Shown here: positions 28,363 through 35,552 of the stretch, piece after piece | How the letters are laid out: each line of letters starts with the position of its first letter | How positions within the stretch are numbered: the stretch's first letter is position 1 | Virus record (IMG/VR): IMGVR_UViG_3300045988_139260 | DNA length: 50,790 nucleotides | Source: a virus | Reading direction: 5' to 3' (one strand) | Program-made: the position numbers and the translations under genes | Notes under the pieces: generated by a model | The model's database searches: none | What the model was told of the DNA's origin: nothing | What the model saw: only the letters and a program-made list of their open reading frames with translations

Positions 28363-28553
28363 GGATGTTTCACCTCCTCAAATAATTCACATAAGCGCTC
28401 AAGAGACAGAAACAGCGTGATATTCCCTCTGTATAAGTGAAATTCATTATAGTAAATTTCACCCTTCCATATTTGCCCCGGAACTAATCGGCAGTAGATA
28501 GCATCATGTTGTCCGCCAGCTAAAAAAATAGTTTGTTTAGGCGTAAATCTCAT
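28332..28553 (-). CDS. Hypothetical protein
   Basis: 73 aa. Start overlaps the stop of the YopX gene (ATGA). Confidence 0.5.
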   Translation of the reverse strand: MRFTPKQTIFLAGGQHDAIYCRLVPGQIWKGEIYYNEFHLYRGNITLFLSLERLCELFEEVKHPWLRCISTKL

Positions 28554-28999
28554 TTCTCCTCGCTTTCCAGTAATTCTTTATTGTCAAAAATATTGCCGAT
28601 AACTTCTGTGTTTCTATCGGAAACCCAAAAATATAAATCTTTATACCACATCAAATCATCCTCCCATTTTTTAACTTTCCATTGAGCTTCATCCCAAAGA
28701 ACAATAACTTTGCCAAGCCCACATCTGACTATATCATTCTCCCAAATTAGCTTGCCGTTCTTGTCTTTCAGACCGGTGCATTGGCAGGCGGTGAATCTTT
28801 CAATCCTTGGGGCTTTTTCTGTCATCACACAAGTTCCTGTAGAATAGTCAATTTCAGTAATTATCCTATATAGTTCGTCCTTATTGTCATATACTAAAGC
28901 CCCTTCCACCCATTCTTTATTATCAAGTCGTTTTGCCTTGAATAAATTTCTATCTTCCATTCTCATCACTTCTTTCATATTTGTCATACTAATTCCCAC
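28550..28999 (-). CDS. YopX family protein
   Basis: FKAKRLDNKEWVEG...TGLKDKNGKLIWENDIV...VIGNIFDNKELL is the YopX pattern. True start may be an internal Met (MEDRNLF). Confidence 0.75.
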   Translation of the reverse strand: MGISMTNMKEVMRMEDRNLFKAKRLDNKEWVEGALVYDNKDELYRIITEIDYSTGTCVMTEKAPRIERFTACQCTGLKDKNGKLIWENDIVRCGLGKVIVLWDEAQWKVKKWEDDLMWYKDLYFWVSDRNTEVIGNIFDNKELLESEEK

Positions 29000-29052
29000 G
29001 ATAACAATCCCAATAAAAATTATGAAAAAAATAATTTACTCATAGCATCCTC

Positions 29053-29421
29053 CTATTCCGCTTCTGATTGAAGCCATTTTAATATGCCATTTGTACAAGG
29101 TTCTTTCATGCATAAACTTTCCAGTTCGTAAGCACAATGCCCACATATATCTTTATCAATCCATTCTGCTAACTCTTTGTCTGACATATTCCTGATTCTG
29201 TCGGCATTGGTCTGTTTGTCATTTTCCACAATCTCAAAATATTCATCAATAAACTCTAATACAGTTTTTAAATCGTATGAGCTGTATCCAATGTTATAGC
29301 CATTCTCACCGACATTTCTGTATTGCACACTGTAATAAGGTTTACTATCTATCATTTCCACGATAATAGACAAGTCAGTTACTCTTTCTTCTTTTGTATT
29401 GTTCATCGTAATGCCCTCCAT
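29053..29421 (-). CDS. Hypothetical protein
   Basis: 122 aa. C-terminal Cys cluster (CGHCAYELESLCMKEPC). Confidence 0.55.
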   Translation of the reverse strand: MEGITMNNTKEERVTDLSIIVEMIDSKPYYSVQYRNVGENGYNIGYSSYDLKTVLEFIDEYFEIVENDKQTNADRIRNMSDKELAEWIDKDICGHCAYELESLCMKEPCTNGILKWLQSEAE

Positions 29422-29609
29422 ATGCTATCAAGTTCACTTATTTGCCAACTGCGCGGTTCTAGCCTCTTTAATTTGCAGTTTCCCTCGTTGTCACCCAATG
29501 GACAATCTTTACAGAGGAGATTATCCTCGCACACTGTCTTGATTATTTTCAGCGCAGTTAGAATGCTTTTTGCCTCTACTACTACTCCGTCGATTTCTTT
29601 CTTTGCCAT
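29403..29609 (-). CDS. Hypothetical protein
   Basis: 68 aa; overlapping start/stop with its neighbours. Confidence 0.5.
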   Translation of the reverse strand: MAKKEIDGVVVEAKSILTALKIIKTVCEDNLLCKDCPLGDNEGNCKLKRLEPRSWQISELDSIWRALR

Positions 29610-29857
29610 TATCTTTTACCTCTTTTCTTTTTCTTTCTCCTGATTAATTTTAGCGGGCAATCTGATATTCTTTGCTCGCCGGTTATCTCGTTGTTCCACG
29701 GCAGCGTAGTACCTGTCAGGTAACAACTGCATGGTGTCTCTTCATCATCGGGGTTCCACGGCGCCAGCCAAAAAAAGCAGTCTATACATGCGCAAGGCAT
29801 CTTGTTGGTTGAAACTTTCACTATGTGTTTAGGATTCCACGCTGTCATCTTCTCCAC
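29609..29857 (-). CDS. Hypothetical Cys-rich protein with basic tail
   Basis: 82 aa. CACIDC...CSC...DC, and a C-terminal RRKKKKRGKR. Confidence 0.5.
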   Translation of the reverse strand: MEKMTAWNPKHIVKVSTNKMPCACIDCFFWLAPWNPDDEETPCSCYLTGTTLPWNNEITGEQRISDCPLKLIRRKKKKRGKR

Positions 29858-30077
29858 CTCTCAATTCTTTCAGCTTAGCCTCGGCCGCTGACTTTGTATA
29901 AAATACTGTTTTACCAAATTCTTCTTTAAAAAATATCAATTTTGCACTAATGATTCCACCATCTTTTAAACTTCTAGTCTTTACTTCACTAATAAATCCG
30001 ATTCTCCCATCTTTTAATTTTCTAATTTCTATTATGTCATTAATGGTCGCTTCATAGATCGTTTTTTTCAATGTCAA
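29829..30077 (-). CDS. Hypothetical protein
   Basis: 82 aa, in the operon. Confidence 0.5.
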   Translation of the reverse strand: MTLKKTIYEATINDIIEIRKLKDGRIGFISEVKTRSLKDGGIISAKLIFFKEEFGKTVFYTKSAAEAKLKELRGGEDDSVES

Positions 30078-30444
30078 TACAATAGACTATATCACCTATA
30101 TTGAACGGCAATTCGGTTCCGCCTCGCTTTACAATTTCATTCATTTTATTACACCGTTCCAACGGGGGAGTTATAATACCGGTAGACCGCGCAATAAAGT
30201 CAAGTTTTTCTGAATCTGAAAGATCGTCAATGGACTGAATAGTAATTATTCTGTTCTGCAGCACTCCCTCTCTGTAATCATATCCTTCGCAATATGCATG
30301 GGAGATAAGTTTTACTAAGTCTTCACGTTCAAGAACATATCGTGGCGGATCAATATAATAAGAAAATCCGCAATTTGATTGATGTAGGATATTTAGCGCA
30401 TCATCCACGCTTAACTGATTATTAATATTTAGTTTGTTTATCAT
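30052..30444 (-). CDS. Hypothetical protein (first gene of the minus-strand small-ORF operon)
   Basis: 130 aa from ATG 30444 (GGAG RBS 6 nt upstream). The track start 30456 has no spacing to an RBS. Confidence 0.55.
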   Translation of the reverse strand: MINKLNINNQLSVDDALNILHQSNCGFSYYIDPPRYVLEREDLVKLISHAYCEGYDYREGVLQNRIITIQSIDDLSDSEKLDFIARSTGIITPPLERCNKMNEIVKRGGTELPFNIGDIVYCIDIEKNDL

Positions 30445-30527
30445 TACAAGCTCCATCCTTTCTACTTACTGCCTTTAAAATTAATTATTTGTTAAATTTT
30501 ACAGATATGCTATTCCTCCTTTCGGTA

Positions 30528-30577
30528 TCTACCCTAAACATATCAATTATCAAGATAATAGATATGTTTAGGGTAGA
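30528..30577. other. Candidate attP of the large serine integrase
   Basis: 50-bp near-perfect palindrome: tctaccctaaacatatcaattatc-AA-gataatagatatgtttagggtaga. 24-bp arms match 23/24 around a central AA (30552-30553). 140 bp from the integrase stop. Confidence 0.65.
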
Positions 30578-30740
30578 TAGAATGATTTACATTTCCTGCA
30601 AGCCTTCAAGCCTTGCGAGAGACCTGAAGCTATTGCAGGAAGGCGGCTATCACGTTGAAAAGATAGCCTGCGTTGATATGTTTCCCAACACTTACCATGT
30701 TGAGACTATCTGTGCCCTTAAGAGAATGACCAGTAGATAG
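30573..30740 (+). pseudogene. 3' fragment of a 23S rRNA (uracil-5)-methyltransferase (RlmD/RumA-type) gene
   Basis: VDRMIYISCKPSSLARDLKLLQEGGYHVEKIACVDMFPNTYHVETICALKR matches the conserved RumA/TrmA C-terminus (as recalled: ivYvSCnPatlaRD...GY...v.pvDMFPqT.HvE). No N-terminal catalytic part. Begins inside the attP right arm. Confidence 0.75.
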
Positions 30741-32190
30741 TTACATCGCGGTTGAGCACCACAATTTTATCTATCAGGGCATTGACAATTCGATGTATTT
30801 GCTGCACATCCCCGGCATCCAGTATTGCCGGGAAGCTTTCGAGCTGTTCCCAAGCCTTCAATTTTGCATCAGAATTATCAGCTTCTTTCAGCTCATCCAG
30901 GCGGCTCTGCACGCCGAGCTTTTCGTCGTTCAGAGCTTGGAGCCGGTCACTTATGTCAGCCAAATCTATGATGCCGGTCTGATATAAGTTCATGAGGCGT
31001 TTTATCTGCTTGTTTAGTTCCTCAAGCCGTTCATTATATATCTTGGCATCTTCATGAACTGTGTCCGACTTCGATGATATCCGTGAAAACTGTGCCTTAT
31101 CCAGCGCCAGTTTCTTGATTTCGTTTAGTACGATTTCGTCAAGTTGTTCTACGGTATATGGATGCTCGCGGTTGGTGCAGCAGTCAGAGCGTATCATTGA
31201 TTTGACTGTTTTGGCGACGGAGTAACACATATACCTACGTATAGGAGAGTCCTTGCATACCTTTCTCGCATACATCCTTGCGCCACAGTCGCCGCAATAT
31301 AATAGCCCGGAAAGAAGGTTGGCGCTCCGGCATCCGTTTTTAGTTCGATATGATGCAGCAGGACGCTTGTGAAGTTCCTTCTGACGCGCAAGCATACATG
31401 AGACTTCATTGAAATCTGATTCAGATATTAACGGTTCGTGCATGCCCTCATATAGCTCATTGTTAAGTCTTACTTTGCCAATATACACAGGATTGGATAA
31501 TATTCTGCGTATTGATGTAGAATGCTGCCAAGCATAACTGCCTGTGCCCGCATCAGCAAGTCGTTTAGCTATACCATTTAGACTATACCCTTCAAGATAC
31601 CACCTAAAAATATCCTGAACTATTTTTGCATTATAAGGATCTACAATCAGGTCATTCGATATTACACTTCCATCAGAAGCGGTGTTGAATGCATAGCCTA
31701 TAGGAGGTTTATTGCCACTATAATGACCTTGTTTGACTTTTGCCTGCCGTCCCATCATAGTTCGAGCCTTTATGTTTTCACGCTCCATCTGAGCAAATGC
31801 TGCCAGAATGCCAACCATGCATCTGCCGATAGGGGTTGATGTGTCAAACGATTCCATCAGGGATACAAAGTGACAGTCATGCGCCGCAAAAACATCCTCA
31901 AGTAGTATGAGTGTGTCTTTCTGAGACCTTGATAGCCTGTCAAGTTTCCACACTATGACCTTCTTGCAGTGATTGTTTTCAACATCGTGAATAATCTGCT
32001 TGAGCGCCGGGCGGTCCATTGTTGCTCCGGAGAAGCCAGGATCCACATGCACGGCATTAATCTGATAATTATATGCTTTGCAGTATGCCCTGAGCTTTTC
32101 TTCTTGAGCACCGACAGAAAAGCCTCCTTCGGCCTGCTCGGTAGTACTAACCCGCACATACAGGTCTACTACGTTATCTAATACATTCAT
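30718..32190 (-). CDS. int: Large serine recombinase (integrase)
   Basis: 490 aa. Resolvase catalytic domain (LYVRVSTTEQ, KLDRLSRS), recombinase domain, Cys-rich zinc ribbon (CGDCGARMY...C) and C-terminal coiled coil. Confidence 0.95.
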   Translation of the reverse strand: MNVLDNVVDLYVRVSTTEQAEGGFSVGAQEEKLRAYCKAYNYQINAVHVDPGFSGATMDRPALKQIIHDVENNHCKKVIVWKLDRLSRSQKDTLILLEDVFAAHDCHFVSLMESFDTSTPIGRCMVGILAAFAQMERENIKARTMMGRQAKVKQGHYSGNKPPIGYAFNTASDGSVISNDLIVDPYNAKIVQDIFRWYLEGYSLNGIAKRLADAGTGSYAWQHSTSIRRILSNPVYIGKVRLNNELYEGMHEPLISESDFNEVSCMLARQKELHKRPAASYRTKNGCRSANLLSGLLYCGDCGARMYARKVCKDSPIRRYMCYSVAKTVKSMIRSDCCTNREHPYTVEQLDEIVLNEIKKLALDKAQFSRISSKSDTVHEDAKIYNERLEELNKQIKRLMNLYQTGIIDLADISDRLQALNDEKLGVQSRLDELKEADNSDAKLKAWEQLESFPAILDAGDVQQIHRIVNALIDKIVVLNRDVTIYWSFS

Positions 32191-32273
32191 TATACTTTTC
32201 CTTTCCTACTTGTGCGTATAGCTCATGTGATGTATAATGAATATGCTTTAGTTGATTCATGTACACATACATG

Positions 32274-32292
32274 AGTAGAATACCGGCTCACT
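32274..32292. repeat. 19-bp inverted repeat, left copy (partner 33837..33855)
   Basis: agtagaataccggctcact is the exact reverse complement of agtgagccggtattctact at 33837-33855. Confidence 0.9.
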
Positions 32293-32327
32293 TCGCTACG
32301 CCAATAGCGGGGTGGGCTATTTTCATG

Positions 32328-32963
32328 TTAATTTGAATACTTGTTATATATTTCTTCCAGTTGTTCATTAAATTCTGAATCAATTTTATCAGAACGCTCA
32401 TCAGCTTCCTTCATGAAAGTATCTAAATCAAAATCCTCCGCTTTAGCCGATTTCAACTCATCCGATGGATAATAATATACATCATAGTATTTTTCAACCG
32501 ATGACGGTACCCAATATATATGACCTGTGGCAGCATCACTTATATTGGAGACATGCCATGAATCTGTGGCAACATCGTATGTTTGAACTATTTTAATAGG
32601 GTTGCCATCTTCCATGTTCGCCGTCAGAATAAGATTTATATCACCCTTCGACTCGCCCTCAGGAAACTTATAAGAAGTAAGTTTAAAAGATTCCACGTTG
32701 GTATCACCCATTTCAGCGAGAGCAGATGTAACAGAGTCCGTGTATGAAGATAAATCCATTTTAGAGTGAAGATAATTATACTGCTCAGCCTTTATCTCAG
32801 CATCAGACTTTTCAGTTTCAGTTTCGCTTTCAGCTTCAGCTGTGTCCGTCTCAGTTTCTACCGGAGCAGGTACCTTTTCAGTCGATTTATTAGAAGCCCC
32901 GGAGCATCCTGTAAGCAGGAGCCCCGCGAGCAATGTCATTACGATAACTTTCTTCATAAACAT
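32328..32963 (-). CDS. Lipoprotein (possible lysogenic-conversion/exclusion factor)
   Basis: 211 aa. Signal peptide with lipobox (LLAGLLLTGC). Co-transcribed downstream of the repressor. Confidence 0.75.
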   Translation of the reverse strand: MFMKKVIVMTLLAGLLLTGCSGASNKSTEKVPAPVETETDTAEAESETETEKSDAEIKAEQYNYLHSKMDLSSYTDSVTSALAEMGDTNVESFKLTSYKFPEGESKGDINLILTANMEDGNPIKIVQTYDVATDSWHVSNISDAATGHIYWVPSSVEKYYDVYYYPSDELKSAKAEDFDLDTFMKEADERSDKIDSEFNEQLEEIYNKYSN

Positions 32964-32972
32964 TACCTCACT

Positions 32973-33449
32973 TTATCCGACGTTTTCTGTGTCGTCTATG
33001 ATATTCGATGCAGTACGTTCCGAGTTCGGCGCAATGCCTAAGCTCTTCTCGTAAAGCGCCTCGGCATCTGATATGTTGTCAGGTATATCATCTTCCGCCA
33101 GCGCATCCGCAACCTTTTTACAATATGTAATTAGTCCTTCACGCATTTCAGGACTGAGTTCTAAGAACTTTTCTATTGCTACATATGAAGCTTTGTCTAA
33201 ATGAAACTCTGCCGCCAGCGCATCCAGCGCCGAGGTTGGAGACGGATTAAACATCTCACCGGTTCCGGTTCGTAGCCATTCCTCATTCACGTTGTATTCC
33301 TTACATATGAATGTAATAGCAGAGTCGGGCGGTTCATTTCTTCCGGATTCCCATTGTGCAACAGTGTTTCCTTTTATACCAATGCATGCACCGAACTTCT
33401 GCTGAGTCATGTCTAATTCTTTACGTAACTTTTTAATTCGTTCGTTCAA
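32973..33449 (-). CDS. CI-like repressor, XRE-family HTH
   Basis: 158 aa. IKKLRKELDMTQQKFGACIGIKGNTVAQWESGRNEP HTH. TTG start with AAAGGAGG RBS. Divergent from the early operon. Confidence 0.85.
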   Translation of the reverse strand: MNERIKKLRKELDMTQQKFGACIGIKGNTVAQWESGRNEPPDSAITFICKEYNVNEEWLRTGTGEMFNPSPTSALDALAAEFHLDKASYVAIEKFLELSPEMREGLITYCKKVADALAEDDIPDNISDAEALYEKSLGIAPNSERTASNIIDDTENVG

Positions 33450-33474
33450 TGTAATACCTCCTTTCGTTATCTAA

Positions 33475-33503
33475 AACATATATCAAAACAGTCTCTATGT
33501 CAA
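33475..33503 (-). promoter_or_regulatory. Repressor (maintenance-type) promoter candidate
   Basis: On the minus strand: TTGACA (33503-33498), 17 nt, TATGTT (33480-33475), upstream of the repressor RBS. Confidence 0.55.
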
Positions 33504-33506
33504 GCG

Positions 33507-33541
33507 AAAACTTCACAAAAACACAAAACTTCACAAAAACA
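33507..33541. repeat. Direct-repeat operator candidates in the switch region
   Basis: aaaacttcacaaaaaca at 33507-33523 and 33525-33541 (18-bp period). A related ttcacagaaacacaaaac lies at 33583-33600. Confidence 0.6.
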
Positions 33542-33552
33542 ATAAAAAACTA

Positions 33553-33584
33553 TTGACAAACATGTTTTAGTAAAGTAACATGTT
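33553..33584 (+). promoter_or_regulatory. Early rightward promoter with two AACATGTT palindromes
   Basis: TTGACA (33553-33558), 17 nt, TAACAT (33576-33581). The 8-bp palindrome aacatgtt at 33559-33566 and 33577-33584 overlaps the spacer and the -10. Confidence 0.6.
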
Positions 33585-33633
33585 CACAGAAACACAAAAC
33601 ACGTTTCAATTTTATAGGAAGGAGGCACCTAAT

Positions 33634-33825
33634 ATGGTAGCAGCAATCGAAAAAACAAACATGAGCCCTCAGGGCTACAGCAACAGACAGATGCAGGACG
33701 CACGCGAGGTGTGCACTGTGATGGCAAATGTACCGGCAGAGAAGCGAGGCATGTTTGCAACGATGCTTTCCGTATATATGGACGGCATGGCAGCAGGCGC
33801 GGCTATTGCAGGCGAACACAGATGA
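33634..33825 (+). CDS. First early gene, hypothetical (Cro position)
   Basis: 63 aa from ATG 33634 with GGAAGGAGG RBS. No obvious HTH recognised. Confidence 0.55.
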   Translation: MVAAIEKTNMSPQGYSNRQMQDAREVCTVMANVPAEKRGMFATMLSVYMDGMAAGAAIAGEHR

Positions 33826-33836
33826 TGGCGCCAGGC

Positions 33837-33855
33837 AGTGAGCCGGTATTCTACT
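33837..33855. repeat. 19-bp inverted repeat, right copy (partner 32274..32292)
   Basis: agtgagccggtattctact; see the left copy. Confidence 0.9.
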
Positions 33856-33880
33856 TATTTATGTAAAGCGAGGTAACAAT

Positions 33881-34060
33881 ATGGAAATCAAAGTAAAGCA
33901 CGTTTTGGCGGACGGGCGCAGGCTTGACAGCATTGAAGGCTTTGTTATTCCCAATACCGGACAAGCGAGTGCCGTATATCAGATAGCGGCACAGATAACA
34001 GATAGGAGGTTGAGAGGATGTCAGAGCAGTGGCACAGCAATGCGTACCTGCGCATCATGA
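33881..34060 (+). CDS. Hypothetical small protein
   Basis: 59 aa (MEIKVKHVLADGRRLDSIEGFVIPNTGQASAVYQIAAQI...) with a GAGG RBS. Overlaps the next gene by 43 nt. Below the track cutoff. Confidence 0.45.
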   Translation: MEIKVKHVLADGRRLDSIEGFVIPNTGQASAVYQIAAQITDRRLRGCQSSGTAMRTCAS

Positions 34061-34755
34061 GCGAACGACACAGAAAAGAGAAAATTAAACACATAGTAAA
34101 GAATGCAGCAATAGGCGGTGTACTTGTATTCGCTACAGCGGTGACAATCAAGAATGCATGTACACCAATGCCTGAAACGATAGTAAAGCCTGTAGAGGTA
34201 CCGCAAAATGTCACATACAACAATATCACCAATTACATATGTTCCCTTCCACCATATCACAGCGGCAGGGGCTCACAGTATGTTGATATATCAGGCTGCA
34301 GTTCCTGGAAAGAGTCTTATCTCACAGCAAAAAAGCAGATGGTTGATGACGGATATCCCGACTGGGATATAAGCATGCCACTACTTAAGATAGCAATGGC
34401 AGAGGCAGAGAGCGAGAGTACAGAGACCAAAGCGCAGGTTATGAGGACGGTGATAAACAGAGTCTGGAGCGATGAGTTCCCGGACACAATCGACGAGGTT
34501 ATCTTCGATAAAGGAGAGTTCACACCTGTGTCGAATGGCAGATACAGCAAGGTCGAGCCCGATGATGACTGCTGGCACGCGCTATACATGGTCAACATCG
34601 AGGGATGGGATAAGAGTCAGGGGGCATTGTACTTTGAGACTCCACCCAAAGACGGCAGCAGTACATGGCACTCAAGAACACTTTACAAGCTGTTCGAGTC
34701 CGGCAACCTGACGTTCTATACGGACAAGGAGGCAGACAATGAAAATGAAACTTGA
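34018..34755 (+). CDS. Membrane-anchored cell wall hydrolase, SleB-like
   Basis: N-terminal TM (IGGVLVFATAVTI). C-terminal LLKIAMAEAESESTETKAQVMRTVINRVWSDEFPDTIDEVIFDKGEFTPVSNG...GALYFE matches the SleB/Hydrolase_2 pattern. AGGAGG RBS. Confidence 0.75.
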   Translation: MSEQWHSNAYLRIMSERHRKEKIKHIVKNAAIGGVLVFATAVTIKNACTPMPETIVKPVEVPQNVTYNNITNYICSLPPYHSGRGSQYVDISGCSSWKESYLTAKKQMVDDGYPDWDISMPLLKIAMAEAESESTETKAQVMRTVINRVWSDEFPDTIDEVIFDKGEFTPVSNGRYSKVEPDDDCWHALYMVNIEGWDKSQGALYFETPPKDGSSTWHSRTLYKLFESGNLTFYTDKEADNENET

Positions 34756-35110
34756 TGATGACACACTCATCATCGCAGACTGTGACAGTACACAGTTCAA
34801 CATAATCAAGAGCTGGAACCTGATGCGTTGGAATAGGAGCAGGCAGTGGCTTGAAGGAGCCTGTACGAGAGAGCTCCTTAACAGACTATCCACGCTCGTG
34901 ATTCTTCCGGCCACGATCGAAAAAGAACGAACTAAAATGAATGAGCTGCAGGAGGCTGTGGATGAAGAGCGTATGGCGGAGGAGCCGGTACCGCTTTATG
35001 ATTATCCGGTAAAATATCCGCTATTCAAGCATCAGACACGTGGCGCCAACATGGCCCTGCTGACATTCGGACTTGTAAACCCACCAGAAAAGGAGACAAA
35101 AAATGGATAA
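34739..35110 (+). CDS. SNF2-family helicase, N-terminal fragment (ends just after the HQ/Q-motif)
   Basis: 123 aa ending ...YDYPVKYPLFKHQTRGANMALLTFGLVNPPEKETKNG*. The KHQ..G motif normally sits about 25 aa before the Walker A found in ORF 35549. Confidence 0.7.
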   Translation: MKMKLDDDTLIIADCDSTQFNIIKSWNLMRWNRSRQWLEGACTRELLNRLSTLVILPATIEKERTKMNELQEAVDEERMAEEPVPLYDYPVKYPLFKHQTRGANMALLTFGLVNPPEKETKNG

Positions 35111-35552
35111 AAATAAAATCAATTTGCATTTATTAGCCCCGGACTCATTGGCTTCGGATGGTCAAAACACTGTAAATTTGGAGTCGGATGCAATAATATT
35201 ATTTACTTTTGAGAAAATCAAAAAAGATGAAAGCGGAAATAATGCAATAGTTCACATGGTAACATGCGGCGATGACATGATATCTGACGAAAGCGTAATT
35301 GATGTTATAACGGACCTGATCCAAAGATATATACACAAAAGACATACAAAAAAGCTTCCAAACATGGAAAACGTAGTCTTAGAGAGTTTCGAGCTTGACC
35401 AGATTGGAGACGGACTTAAAGCTGCGTCCAACGCAATGATCAGCACGGTGCCACTTTCAGACAGGGAGGCGATTTTGAGAAAGAAAGCAAACATGGTATC
35501 GGAACTTCTCAAGAAGCAGCTTGATGTCGTAAAGGAGAACTTTACAAAATGA
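35103..35552 (+). CDS. Hypothetical protein inserted between the two SNF2 fragments
   Basis: 149 aa. AT-rich 5' half. ATGGATAA overlap with the upstream stop and ATGA overlap with the downstream start. No nuclease motifs seen. Confidence 0.6.
   Translation: MDKNKINLHLLAPDSLASDGQNTVNLESDAIILFTFEKIKKDESGNNAIVHMVTCGDDMISDESVIDVITDLIQRYIHKRHTKKLPNMENVVLESFELDQIGDGLKAASNAMISTVPLSDREAILRKKANMVSELLKKQLDVVKENFTK

Noticed and set aside
30489-30740. Independent 83-aa gene
   Set aside because: Only the last ~56 codons resemble a protein family (RumA C-terminus). The N-terminal part reads through the attP palindrome and there is no RBS. Interpreted as a gene fragment completed upon integration.
33550-33819. 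89-aa minus-strand Cys/His-rich ORF across the switch region
   Set aside because: It is antisense to the first early ORF and runs through both promoters. No RBS, and implausible composition.
35103-35552. Intein or self-splicing group I/II intron interrupting the SNF2 gene
   Set aside because: The insert is not in frame with the flanks, because stops end the upstream fragment. Its ORF fills almost the whole 450 bp, leaving no room for a ribozyme core. No homing-endonuclease or intein splicing motifs were seen.
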